Shown: positions 44,882 through 57,680 of the stretch, piece by piece | How the letters are laid out: every line of letters begins with the position of its first letter | Numbering within the stretch: the first letter of the stretch is position 1 | From: Marsupella aquatica | Lineage: Eukaryota; Plantae; Marchantiophyta | Reading direction: 5' to 3' | Assembly (NCBI GenBank): GCA_973895155.1 | Contig: OZ316891.1 | Span: forward strand, 15,593,037 to 15,657,036 | DNA length: 64,000 nt | Position numbers and translations under genes: made by a program | Notes under the pieces: generated by a model | Databases searched by the model: none | Told to the model about the DNA's origin: nothing | What the model saw: the letters and a program-made list of their open reading frames with translations, nothing else

Positions 44882-47800
44882 ATGAAGGGAGGAGTACCCT
44901 GTCTCGGCGCCATGTTTTGCCGACAGGCCAAGGTAAAATTGTGAGCCTTAAAAGGGTAAAATTCTATTCGGTTTTTAGTTGATATCGATATCGCAAACTG
45001 GTCTGCCTTCTGTTGCTAACACTGGCATTTTGAACACGCTATTTAGGTTCGTTTAGAATCTAGCGGAGTGGTTCCCGATCTGTGTGGTCATTTGGCTTGA
45101 TTGGGCTTTTAACCAGTTACTTCCGTCCGTCTAGCAGAACACTGTCGCGAATGACGCCATTATTGTTCAGAAACAGAGTAGAGGGGAAATTCCTTCGACT
45201 ACTGCTACTGCGAAGGACAATAGATCCTTTTCGGGAATGGACACTGCTGTCACCTTCTTAGGTCATGATGTTTGCTCCGAGTGGCAGCAAGGAGTGTTAC
45301 CCGTTTGCGTGCCCAGCGATGGTAGTACTCCCGTTCTGGAAGTTACTCCCTCGACCAAACACGAATGTCGAGACCTTGGAGATCCGTGTTTTGATGCCCA
45401 TCCTTTCGACCCGAACGCGGTGAACTTCTCTTTTGAGAATGGGTTGAGAGAAGCGGAGTACGAGGGTGGGGATGAAGACGAGGATATGATTGAACGCAAC
45501 ATGCCACAGGAAACGCCAGACTGTGAAAGTGATCATCCTATGTCTGAGGTTGCTAGCGACTTGACTATGAATCATGATTACCCAGCCCAGACAGAAATTG
45601 TGGACAGTGATAGTGCGAGGTATTACCAGAACTCTCTGAGTGGGACATATGGATCCAACATGGACTGTCAAAATTCTTTCACCGGTCTCGACGTGGCCAG
45701 TGGGCACGTTAGTGATCCTGGAGTTTATCACGCGAAAGAGCTGGAGTCGATTTGTAGCTCTCCAAGTTTGCCTCATGGTGTCGAGTCCGAAGACAACCGA
45801 ACAGCGGGCAAAAAATCACTGAAGCAGGATGGCCTTGTTGCCCGGAGTGAGTCGGGTAGCATAAGGCATCCCGACAGCCTCGACGCGGCATTTGATCATC
45901 AGATGACCCCACTCTCGCATGAGAATACGTCTGCGGGAGGAGAATTCTCCCGTCGTGTTACCACAAGTGGAAGTCCCAGATCAGAGGGTGCCTATCAGTG
46001 CAATACAAGTCATGGAATGTTCAAGCTTGGCGCATCTAACCTAGCGATGGAGTCACAGAAACGAAGGCCTTGGTGGAAAGTGTTCCTGGTCTCGCACAGA
46101 AATATTCATCTGGAGGTGAATAGCGGAGTACCTGGTTCCTTGTCTGAAGGAGACGTCGGAAGGATTTCCCCTGTTACTGGTTACATGTCGGATGTGGAGT
46201 CTAAGGGTGGCCGGGTTTCTCCTTCCGTGTTTCTAGAAGGTGCATCAGACAACTCGCGAATATCGGTGGAAGGAAGAAGTCATACTTCCACTCGTACATC
46301 GCATGATAAGGTTATTGAAAACTTAGGCCCTGCGGAGTTGCTGAAGCCCGAAATCAAGGGCGAAAGTATTGCAGGTTCTATGTACCAAAGCGAATCCTCT
46401 CCAAGGAATTACAAGAATTTCAATACTTCTCAAAAGTGGGACTCTTTTACTGGCAAGACAGGACTAAGCCGTGTGGAAGAGTGGGTCAGCAGTGTACGCA
46501 CTATGGCACCTTTCAGTAGTGACGACCCGGCGCAGATGGAGGTCGAGGAGATCCCGGATTCACCCACGGCGCCTGCTGCATCCTTCTTTGGGACTTCAAG
46601 AACTGAGCCTGAAGATCGTAAGCAATTTGCTTCAACGGTGATCCGGGTTGATGGTGCCGTAGATAATGATGCAGAGATGACGAAAATGGTTGTGCGCTCA
46701 GTGAATCCCCTCTCAACTGTGGCACAGTTTTCTGGAGTAGGGTTGAAAGTCATCCCAAGTCTGGTGATGTTTAGCAGCTTGAAGACACTGAACCTATCAG
46801 CTAACAGCTTCGGTACGTTATTTCATGATGTTAACCGTGTTTTATATAATGTCGTTTTGTGCTACAATCACAGGGTATAGACTCGTCAGTTTAGTCGCTT
46901 TATGCTCTCATTTATGCATCTGTTGGGTGATGGAAGAGTATTCTCTTTAAGTTGTGGAGTTTTCCTAGATGAGATTCTTGCAATTTCGTTTCTGAAATGA
47001 GTGGTGTTTATTGTCTCTGCAGTCCGCATCAACCCCGGGTGCCTTCCGAAGAGTCTACACTCGCTGGACATTTCCCGCAACAACATTGTGGTGATCGAAG
47101 GCCTCAGAGAACTCACTCGACTCAGAGTTTTGAACTTATCATTCAATCGTATCTCCCGCATCGGAAATGGTATGTTCTTGGCCTTATCAATGCACCGTTT
47201 CAGCGTTACGTTAAATGCATCTTTTCATAAATCTTAATTTTCTTCAGCCAACGGTCGTGTCCTAACTCTGTACTAGATTGTGTGAAATTGTACTGAACGC
47301 AGTTGTGATTGTACAAGCGTTCGCGATGTGTGATTCCTATGACGGAAGAAAATCGTTTTTCTATTTGCAGGTTTGTCTAGCTGTACCTCTTTAAAAGAGG
47401 TTTACCTGGCAGGAAACAAAATCAGTGAAGTGGAGGGTCTACACCGATTATCTAAACTGGTTGTTCTGGATCTGAGCTTTAACAAACTCACAACTACAAA
47501 GTCCATGGGTCAAATTGCAGCGAACTACAAATCTTTACAATCCTTGAACCTCCTTGGAAACGCTGTCCACTCTAACCTGGGAGATGAACAAATGCGGCGA
47601 TTTGTGACAGGCATATGTCCTCAAATTGTGTATTTGAATAAGCAGGCCTTGAAATCTGTTTCTAGCAGAGAATCTCTGGGGAAGGATATCAAGGGTAGCG
47701 GGAAAACAACTGCCAAACCATCTAAGCGAGGAAGTGGTCATCAGGTGGTGTCGTCTCACCGACGAACTTACAGTGGTGGAACAGGGGGAAATATCAAGAA

Positions 47801-48074
47801 CAAGTTAGGTGGGAAGGGGGTTATGTCGCCTGCCCATGTTCCTCAAGGCGAGGGTCATATGCGGAAAGGATATCATCAAAGGCGGTCTACTGCTTCAAGA
47901 GAAATGCTGCCAAAAGGTCTTGTTCGTCTACCACTTACAGCAGACACCACTAGCGCAGCACAAGAAGTTCGGATGACAGGTCACAGCGAAACTGATGAAA
48001 GTAGCGGAGTTTTATATCGTGAACATAACATTTGGTGTGCAAATGTCTCTCGGGGTATCGTCCAAGCGCACTGA
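44882..48074 (+). CDS. Leucine-rich-repeat protein of the plant AT1G78230/AT4G03260 (MASP1; annotated outer arm dynein light chain 1) family, 4 exons, ~859 aa
   Basis: Exons 44882-44932 (predicted, MKGGVPCLGAMFCRQAK), 45135/45138-46812, 47023-47169, 47371-48074. Family motifs RRPWWKVFLVSHRNIH and SRVEEWV. SDS22-like LRRs: LKTLNLSANS, LHSLDISRNNIVVIEGLRELTRLRVLNLSFNRISRIGNGLSSCTSLKEVYLAGNKISEVEGLHRL. Confidence 0.88.
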
Positions 48075-48739
48075 GATAGTAATGGGTATCTAAGGACGAG
48101 CTGTGTTGAATTCTATCTGGGTACTCTGAAACAACTATAATAAACGATCTCATGGTCTGTGTACAATGTTATGGCGTGAACTACTCCTGGATGTCATATT
48201 TCTGTTTTGTATTTTTATTGCCTTCGATCTGCCACCCACAATAGCATTGAAGGACATTGGTCCCCTTGACAGGTCAGACGCGGTCAAGTCAAGGACAGGA
48301 AACCTCTTGTACTACACAGGCACAAGGGCCAAGGTTGTAAACACAATGACCTCCCAGCAGCCCTCTTTACCCTAACCCCTGCCATTGGCACCCAACATTT
48401 TCATTTCCCAGTCCACCTCATGCTATCATTTGTCCACCATCCCTCACGACAGCTCCCGGGAAGGAAAAAGGGAAGGAAACTACGGAAATAAAGAATGGAT
48501 CAAAACCTAAAGTGGTGGGGGTGAGAGAAAGAGGCAAATAGGTGAAACTGGGTGTGGGGGGGGGGGGGGGGAGTGGGGGAGCCAAACCTGGCTTGAGCTG
48601 GCTCCATGGATTTTTGCAACTCAAATGAACCTCAATGTTCAATTTTAATTACCATGACTGTATTTCCAGCTGAAATGTGACTTGTAAATTGGAGGGCACC
48701 TACTACGGCCTACAGTTTGTCAGTCACAGCAGGTACTCT

Positions 48740-49262
48740 GTCCACCGCAGCCTGTTCACACATCTCGTGCCAGTGCTATTACTCAGGACCTAGATACTTC
48801 TCAGTACTCCTCAGTTTCAACTTAGGCATCTCAAATATGCCCATTTTTCTGATTTGACTGCGACCGGGGGCGGGGGGGCACCAACTCTGAGGCCAGTCAC
48901 GCCCTGAACCAGAAGAGGCCCTGATTTAGCAGGAATCACAATAGCATATAGTGTGCTATGACCCCCACTCATATTTCACTACCCAACAAAATAATAGTCC
49001 GGTTGTACCCTGTTGCAGTGCTCCCGGTGCCTAGCAGGCCACCTGTGAGGTGCCAATTTTTTTTTTATGTGTGAGATGCCCCACTGCAGCAGCTTTTTTC
49101 TTTCCATTCCAAAGAAGTTTTCAGAAAAATGTAAATCTCTTGCCAGTGCTATTATCCCCAGCTTCCATCCTAGATGCTTCTTAGTACTTCTCAGCTTCCA
49201 CTGCAGCAGCTTCTTGTTTTCCAATCCAGAGAAGTTTTAGAAAAATGTAAAAGCCCCAGTAC
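48740..49262. repeat. Local degenerate repeats
   Basis: ccactgcagcagctt...agaagtttt...gaaaaatgtaaa at 49081 and 49198. tgccagtgctatta...cctagat.cttct.agtact.ctcag at ~48768 and ~49141. Confidence 0.6.
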
Positions 49263-49617
49263 AAAAGCTCTAACTGTGAAGCTCAGACCCCTGGTTTCCT
49301 CTCCTTTTCACCAACAATGTCAGTACAAAGCATGCCTCCTAGAAGGCCTGATGGAATGCCCGCTAACTACTGACAGAATTCTAAATGTCACTTAAAGTAC
49401 ACAAAATCTAAGTGAACCAGGCACGCACTCTCATTCTATTCTTTCTCCTTCCTGTCAGGTGTGTAAAGTCCCTCCTAGACTTGAGGTCCGAGTGCTAGGT
49501 AAATCTGAGCATCCTTTTCCGTTATATACAAAATATGAAATTTTCAATATTTAACAGCCTTGAAAATTTTCTAATGAAAATGTCTCTTTCTTTAACCCCT
49601 AGATTAGAAATTAGTTC

Positions 49618-50257
49618 ATGGACCCATCATGCGCACTAGAGATTCTGCCGAAAGCTGCGCTGCACAAGGCAATGTGTTGCGAGGCACTGCAGTACACACA
49701 ATCTCCTCTCGTCAGCGTTTGCGTGCTTGTTCCCACTCCACTCCTGCCCTGTTTCAAGCACATAATGACCGAGTTTGAGCTTCTTCTGGTGGGCAGAGCA
49801 ACCGGCTGTCCCTTCCCCTAGCAAATTCTCGTCAGTGAATGGCAGTGTTACAGCGTTGAATGAAGCTGAAATTTTTGAAGCAAACATGAATTTTGCAACC
49901 GTTGAGGCACTCAAGGAAAGAGCATACGTCAAGACCACTTCAGAGTTTTCCCCAATGGCTGAATCGACAATCACAGATGGTCAAACTTCCATTGCCTTAA
50001 CGAGTGTCATGGATACTAGTTCCACGATTGATACAAGCAATGAAGACCACTCTCCAGAAATGCCGTTGAATGTTCTTAGCAAGGTATGCAACCTGATGAA
50101 ACGAGAACTGCTGAGAGATTGTGAAGCTAAGTCGTCAACTGCATCTGCAGCTTCGGAGAACAAATCAGACGGTGACGATTCAGTAGGAATTGTTTTCAGG
50201 GAGCAATTCTGGTTCACATTTCCAAGACCGTCATCTTTGCAAAGAGGCGCAGACTGA
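49618..50257 (+). other. Unassigned ORF / possible gene fragment (Ser/Thr/Glu-rich)
   Basis: 160-codon open frame at 49775-50257, preceded by an overlapping ATG ORF in another frame. No recognisable domain. Confidence 0.25.
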
Positions 50258-51039
50258 GAGCACTAGGAGTTCCTCTCTATCCATTCCCAAATCAAAAGTC
50301 AGGCATAGGATTCAATCCTACCAATGAGCTGAATTAATTAGTTCTTCCCAAATGTCTAGTAAGTTCTGCAAAAACAATGCTTTCCAACACAAACATCACA
50401 TTCAAGTTCAGAAGGAAACTTATGACACATCAATAACTTGCTTGACGACAGCTCAGGGTGGTGGTGATGGGGAGCCGTTCTGCAGTATCCCACGACAGAC
50501 TCGTAGAACCTTTGTTGTCAATAAAAATCAGAGGTTTGAAAAATTTTGAGTTGATACAATAACATTATGTTTATTGCCAGCGCCCTGGAATGTAATGGGC
50601 CGCAAGATTTAATTAATTACTTATTATTATTGGTTGGGGAATTGAACCAGAAAGAGGGTGGGCAGTCGGTTATTTGGGGTAAAAAAATGGTTACGAGTCT
50701 ACTACTAATTCAACATTCTATTACCTAGGGTAAATAAAACGGTTATTTTTCAAACAATTTTACATCAAGGTTTATGGCATGGCGTCCTCAATTTTACCAA
50801 AATCATGCCACAGACACAAATGTTGAAGCAATTTTATTTTGTAAACCAATCCGTACCTGTTTGCAGTGCGTCTTGATGATGTGGCGCGCTGTGGAGTCTC
50901 AAATTTTGGAAGGGACCTCTAGTGGGGTCCGTAAAAAAATGATTTAACCTAAAATGGATTTTAATGGACTTTCATTTGGTTGCACCCGTGTCATTGATGA
51001 CATAAGCTAGGGCCTAAGGACTAGTGTAGATAGAACTAG

Positions 51040-51290
51040 AATGGTACATCAAATTGCCTTACCTGGGAGACTACTCATAGAGAGAGATAATGACAGATGG
51101 TACATGAAGTGAGATTTGACCTCGGGATACCTTACCTCTTACATGGGAGACTACTAGTACATCAGGTAAACCCTAAACTCACCTTCCCTCATGGGAGGGA
51201 GGTTACTCGTACATCGAGGCGTGATGGTACATCAGGTATGACTTTACCTAGTGGTAGAGTACCCCTACTTGAGACTCATGATAGATTTTT
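51040..51290. repeat. Degenerate tandem repeats
   Basis: Recurrent atggtacat, ccttacct and gggagactact words. Confidence 0.5.
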
Positions 51291-51549
51291 GCAGTCTGGA
51301 AGGAGGAAAATCTAATTTGTTTGCGTTTATTTCATCAAAGCTATTGTTTTTCCTTTGCATTTCCTATCTGTTTTTAATTGTGTTGGAAAGGCCGGGAATG
51401 TTGTTAGCTTGTCAGTCACCACCTTTGCACAAACCCCCATCCCAAAGTGGGGCTCATAAGGCCCTTTGCACACATAAAACATGACACCTAAAAAACTTGG
51501 ATTTCAATCTATTATTTCCTAACTAGCCCAATATTTGTGCGTTGCACAA

Positions 51550-51970
51550 AAAGATGTTGAGATGAGAAAAGATATTGAGGTGAGAAAAATATGTCGTGGT
51601 GAAAACAGATGTCAATGAGAGAAAAAATGCTCAGGTGAGAAAAATATGTAAAGATGAGGAAAAAATGTCGAGATATGGAACATGAGGGAATGATGCCGTG
51701 GTGAGATAAAGATGTCAAAGTGAGAAAAAGATGACAAGGTGAGAAAAATATAAGATGTCAAAGTGAGAAAATATGTCAAGGTGCAAAAAAATATCAAGAA
51801 GAGAAAACATGTTGAGGGTGAGAATACAATGTTGTGGTAAGATAAAGATATCAATGTAAGAAAAGATGACAGATGAAAAAAAGAAGGTAAGGCAAAGAAA
51901 AGATGTTCAGCAAAGATAGATATGTGAAATTTAGAAAAATATGTCAAAGTGAGAAAAGAGGGCAAGACAA
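51550..51970. repeat. Degenerate ~20-bp purine-rich minisatellite (aagatgtcaaggtgagaaaa); inverted relative at ~42265-42375
   Basis: More than ten variants of gatgtcaa.gtgagaaaa. ttgacatctttgtcttg units occur at ~42269 and ~42352. Confidence 0.7.
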
Positions 51971-52343
51971 GAAATTATAAGCCTTATGATGTAGTTATAA
52001 GACATGTTATGTGTGATCCCGGTCATAAACTTTTGTGGTCATGTCCAATAACCCATCCATTGCACAGTCATACAATTTGAGAGGCGAGATAGTGGCCACC
52101 ACATCATAGAGTGGACTATTTGATAAAAGATCCAAAATTGGTTCATGCTTTACCAAGGTCTGGGAAGGTATATATTATAGTGGTAAAAAATGGTAAAGGG
52201 AGGAACAGTTTATATGCATGGCTGATATCAAGGCCTTGGTGTATATTTTAACCAACCTTGTGGCAAAGGTATATTTAGCCCTTTCACAAGATAACAGGAG
52301 GTATCAGTTCTCTAGTCCAGTAGTTACTCTCACTCTAATAGTT

Positions 52344-55300
52344 TGTGACGGGGTCCCCGTCTCGAAAAGTCATCGTTAGGTATTATTGGCAAGATGCATG
52401 TAAATAAATAAGCAAATATACACAAGGTTTTTAAATTTTTAAAAAAATTCTTAAAAGTTAAGCATCCCGGTGTGTGTTCATGTTGCTCTGGAGGGCCGGA
52501 GCTATTTGAACCCGGGAGGAACTATTTTTTTTAATTGACCCTTTGCTCTCTTGGGTCTTGTCGTTGTGGGAGAATAAAATAGGGATTCTTATCGTGGGGT
52601 ACCACCAAGTAATATTTGGAGACCCTGGCAGTATTTTCCAGGCCCTGTGTAATATTGGAGAGGGGCTAATTGAGGAAGAATAGTTGGGGGGGGGCGGCTA
52701 TGCAAACCTTTGTGGAAGTTTTTTTTTGTGGTCACTTAGGGAGGCTTTAGAGGGGTTTAAAACCTCTCGTTTAAAACCTCTCTATGAAGAAGCAGCCAGG
52801 GCGAGGAGGTGCGCCCTGCATAGGGCTGCGTGCAGGGAGTGGGGGGGGGGAATTAAATTCCCCCGGCCTTGGAGGAGCCGGGCATGGCGTGAGTGCCAGG
52901 AGGGAGAAGCCAGGTGTCGCGAGTAGCCAGAGAGGGAGGCCTGCGGGAAGGAGGCGAGCCCTCCATAATGAGGCGAGCCCTCCATAAGGGCGTGAGACGG
53001 GTGCATTGGGGCGAGCCCCCTGCATAGGGAGGCGAGCTGGGCGCAGAGGCCCGCGAGTGCAGGGAAGCGGGAGGCCCCGGCAGAAGGGAGGCCCGCGAGT
53101 GGGCAGGTGGCGCTGAGGGAAGAGCCGGGCCTTGTGCCAGGGGTTCAGGTAGAGCGAAGGAAAAGGGAGGGGAGTAAATGCTCCCCGATCATAGGGAAGC
53201 TTCAGGGGCAGGTACGAGGGAGGAGAAGGGGAAAATTCAGCCCCGACTCTCGGGAGGCGGGTACGCAAGCAAAAAAGGGGGGAGTAAATACTCCCCAATC
53301 CTCGGGCGAGTAGGCAGCGACCGAGCCGGGAGGGGGCAATACGGGCAGCACCTGGCACCCCGGGTCACACATAAAGGGGGGCTTGCGCCTTTAGGGAAGC
53401 CACACCCCTTTGCTTCCCCCTTGAATGTTTTTTGCTTCCCTTGAGATGCCAAAAGCTTCCCTCAAAACTACCTCCTTTGTAAACAGTACCCTGGTTCTCC
53501 AACTTTCCAAGAGTTTTTTTTTCTCTAGTTCTTTTCCTTAAGCTTGGCATTGAGTTGTGTTGGAGGATTGAATGCTTACTTCGGAAGCATTTGTGACGGC
53601 AACATCGGGATGCCCTGGTGATAGGGGTGGAGCCGATCGTGACACAGGGCCGTTTGGGCTAGGGGGAAACAAGGATTTGGGGGATAATTGTCGAGTACGT
53701 GAGACTTTTTGTGATGGTTTTCTCTGGTGGTTTGGCTGTGGGCATTTGATCGTGTTACGGGGGTTTTTCTTCGGGCCAGGGAGTGAATTGTGATACGAGT
53801 GAAAGAAGGAATTTGTGTGAGCCGAATGTAATGAGCTCGTCATTGGAAAGACCGGAGTTCAGTAGGGCCACTTACCGGAACAGACTACGTTGCGTCGCAA
53901 ATTGCTGAAGAGAGAAAAGGGAGACATACAGCCATGAGTACCGGACCAGACACCCGTAATGCATCCGTTGAGAGGAGGGTTTTCCCAAGAGTCTACCCCT
54001 AGACTTCTGCCAAGATGATGGAGGAATGCAAGGAAATCTTTCTGGCCACGGGTCTCACCAATTTCATGCGGGTAGAGATCAGGATTCCCCAAGGTAGGAC
54101 TTGGAACGTGGAGGCGGGATTAGAGTTCCGTACGGAGGGGATATACTTTCATTGTACACAGAGATTGATCCCCAACACTGAGCTGGCCAAGCTATTGGTC
54201 CTGGACAACCAGGATTTCACTTTTCAGCCAACTGAGCCATCAGAGATACTTATGTTGGAGCAGCTAGCTGGGATTGTGAGAGATCCCACCTCCGTGACCA
54301 CCATTCCCCTTCCATCATTCAAGGAACCAGCCTTCAAGGGGTTGGTGGCCAAGATACACCAACGGGTGCTTGGCCGGGGGCAATCTGGAGTGGTGAGTGG
54401 AGATCAATTGGCTATTGCCAATGACATCAAAACTCACCCAAGTCACACTTACGGATGGTGGTACTTTGGGCTGAAGAAAGCATTGGCCATGGATCCTAAA
54501 AGTGTGAAGTCCGGAGGGAGCGTTCATTTGATGGTGTCCTTCCTCTTGGCCAGGTCAGAAGGGGTCCTCCCCTCTCCGGAAACTGAAGAATCTGTGCCAC
54601 CCTTCACCATGGAAATAAGGAGGATTGCAACTACCATCTTGGGGAGTCTCGCGAAGGAACCACCGTCTGAACCTATAGCCAAAACCACTACAGAAGAGGA
54701 CCCGGATGAGGATAGCACGGTGGAGTGGATGGAGTCGCTTGTGGGGAATCCGGAGGAGCCCCTTGATTACGATGTGCCCGAGGTGTATTTGGCTGAATTA
54801 TGTGATTTCCGCGATGGAGTGCATGAGGGGCTGAAGTTGTGCCAAACTTTGAGAGAGACCCTCAACCAAGCCAACGCCCGGGTGGAAACCTTGCAGATAA
54901 GCAGCCAGGCCTTGAAAGAGGTGATAAAGGCTAAGGAGGTAGTGATCCAAGAGCAAGGTGGAGTGTACGGAGGCACAGGTTCAGATTTCTCAGTTGCACG
55001 GAGCCTTGTCTACCAAGGCTAAGGAAGCGTTGGAGGTGGGAGTCTTGAGGGAGGAATTGGCCAAGCACAAGCAGAGCACCGGTGAGATAGAGAGGCTGAA
55101 GCAACAGGTTATGGAGCTACGGGGTCAGGTTTGGCTCCTTGAGACCAGGGCCAAGAGGAACGATTGTTGAGGTTGGGGAAGAGGAAAAGCCAATGCTCAC
55201 CTAGCCCTACTCTCCCCCCTGAGTTGGTCTCTAAGGCCATAGAGATGGTGGTAACAGAGCTGACTCAAAAGTACAGACCAATGTTGGAAACAACAAGGAA

Positions 55301-56429
55301 AAACAAGGAGAAGTGTAAGATGTTGGAAAAGAAGCTATGAGAGTCCCGTAAGTCATTACATGACACCCAGGGGAGTCACGGAGCCACTGTGTCCCCATCA
55401 TTACGGGCGGAGATCTCACTAGTCATGGAGTCACGGGGATGTCGGATATGCCCCACAAGACTGCAAACCCAAGAACCCCCTTGGCTACTGGTCAAGTCTT
55501 GCCCTTGGAATTGTAGGGAGGAGAGGAGGCCGCTTTATGGAAGGACACGATCAACCAGGGTTATATTAGGGCCTGGCAAGCTTTGACAGCATTGAGGAGA
55601 CAGGGAGCCTTTGGCCAAACCCCGGGAAGGACTCCCCCGGTAAGGAGAATAGTAGGTGTTACACCCACATCAGTGGAGGGCGCCGGCAGTGAGGATTCGC
55701 GGGGGTGGAGTCCCGATTTCGTGAGTGAGTCGGGGGAAGACTAGTAAGGCCTACGGACGTTAGTCGTACGGATTTTTGAATTATGAAACACCTTGGATGA
55801 AGGAATCACGGGCTTGTTGGAAGGAGCTCGAGGAGCTGATTCCGGCAAGGTGTGGCACGCCCAGAACAGAGTTAGGATGAAGAAGTTATGAGCTCATGCG
55901 AATTACAGGTTCAAACATTCGTAACTTGGTCGTACGGAGTCCGTTTACGGATCCGTGATCAGGAGTAGGGCTGTCCAGAGCTCCCCTCAAGGGAGTAGTT
56001 TAAAATATTTGAGTTTCGACCATGGGAGGGCCTCCTCACTTCCCCGGGACTACGGATCCCGGATTGTTGTTTGGCACCGTCGAAGGCACCGTCGGTCCCG
56101 TAGTTAGATTAGGGCTTTTAGGCATGTGTGTGCCGCATGTTTTAGGTTAGGGATCTCTCGTGTAAGGTTTTAGCGGTGTCGCTAGGGTAGGGTACCCGCC
56201 ATCGTGGTGACCCCGTGAGGGGTGATTTGGTGTGTTTTTCAGTATTTAGGGGGGGAGCCCGGGGGGGAGCCCCGTAAGGAATGGGGGGGGAACTCAATCT
56301 AGTGTTAGTTTAGGGAAGTTTTCTCATAGCCAAAAGAGGGAATCAAGCCAGAGTATGAGGTAGAGGTGTAGCACTTGCCCCAATGAGGCAGGAGTTGGAC
56401 AGACGACAGGAGGCCGAGTTGTCATTACA
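52344..56429. mobile_element. Second TG...CA-bounded G-rich unit without gag/pol, carrying one long decayed ORF (solo-LTR-like; boundaries tentative)
   Basis: Starts TGTGACGGGG and ends GTTGTCATTACA. Short internal direct repeats at 52951-52990, 53047/53088 and 53172/53281. No TSD found. Confidence 0.45.
53934..55170 (+). pseudogene. Transposon-associated protein remnant: plant-transposon-like domain + acidic linker + coiled coil
   Basis: ATG 53934 is in frame with the 54015-55022 ORF through one TAG. A frameshift near 54955 continues the coiled coil (ECTEAQVQISQLHGALSTKAKEALEVGVLREEL) to 55170. Intronless. Confidence 0.6.
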
Positions 56430-57680
56430 ATGTGTTACGATTCTTTACCGAAAGATATGAATTTGGTTTGATTCCTGAAGCTTTGGTGTGGCTAAGAAAT
56501 ACTTGCACGGATTGATCAACCATGTGAGTAGGGGGGTGGTGACAATGCTCCACCAACGACTAGTAGGAGTGTGTGTGGTGTAGTCCATGAAACTTGATCA
56601 AAAACAGAGATGCTAGTCGATAGACTTGATCAGAAATTACATTTTCGGGAGCGAAAATAAACATACTCATCCTACATGCAATAAAATTCGAATAGCGTCC
56701 CTCCACATTCCCGACATACGATAACAAACGATTTTAGTAAGAGGAAATACATATTTATTGGATAAATCATTTAATAAACAGGTGACATAGTTCAAGGATA
56801 GACATGTCCAGCACACAACGGTTCCAATTTCATACTTTGAAGGAAACGGAACTCTGTAGGACGCTACTGGGTCAATTTGGTAACCATCATCAAACATTGC
56901 CACAGAGTTAGTATTAACGTGGTTGGTGAAACATTGGTTCAGAAACAAGTCCTCGCTTCCAAGCGGTTAAACAGGATAGTGCATTCACAGATAATATTCT
57001 GCGCAACTTAAGGATTTACCACTGTACCTGATAAACTGAGGAGAATAGGACCCTCACAAACTCCTCAAGTTGTTTGTTTTAGGATTGAAGTAGTCACCGA
57101 AAGGAAAGCCCACGTAGCAATTTTGACAGCTCTATGGAGTTGCGTACCTCAAATTCAACTCCTAAGCCCACAGTCTTCCAACAGAGACCAAGCAAAGTCT
57201 ATGTTCTCTTCCAAAACTACTCGGGGAACCTCCACGTTGAAGACTGGGTCCGTTAAGGCTAAAATGTTGCCACAAAATAAGACAACACCGCTGCTTCACT
57301 ACAGCTGACAATAGAGCACGGGAAAAATTTCACGACTTACATTTGCCAGCTTTTAAAAAGATGAACTTGATTACCCTATCTCAGAAGCTGAGACATTGGA
57401 TCGGTAATGCCTGCCGGAGCATAATCATAATGAAGGAACAGGGTCATAGATTTACAGCCACAAGATCTAACAGGATCATATGATACTACTTGGTTGGAGC
57501 TCTAATGGCCTTGAGCTCAAAGTTGACATATCATTCTAGGCCATATTTACACCTGTATCAAATCTAAACAGTGAGCTGATGTACGGTATGTCATACAACT
57601 GATCTTCAAGCATGAAATCCTATGATTGAAAATATTTCACAAGTTTGCTACACTTGAAAATCATAGAAACTGAATTGCTC

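Noticed and set aside
52684-53550. Cluster of overlapping G/P/R-rich ORFs
   Set aside because: Explained by high GC content and stop-codon scarcity in a low-complexity tract.
50591-56429. TGTAATG...CATTACA as ends of one 5.8-kb element
   Set aside because: The flanks (TGGAA/ATGTG) are not a TSD, and 50.6-52.3 kb is compositionally different, AT-rich repeat debris.
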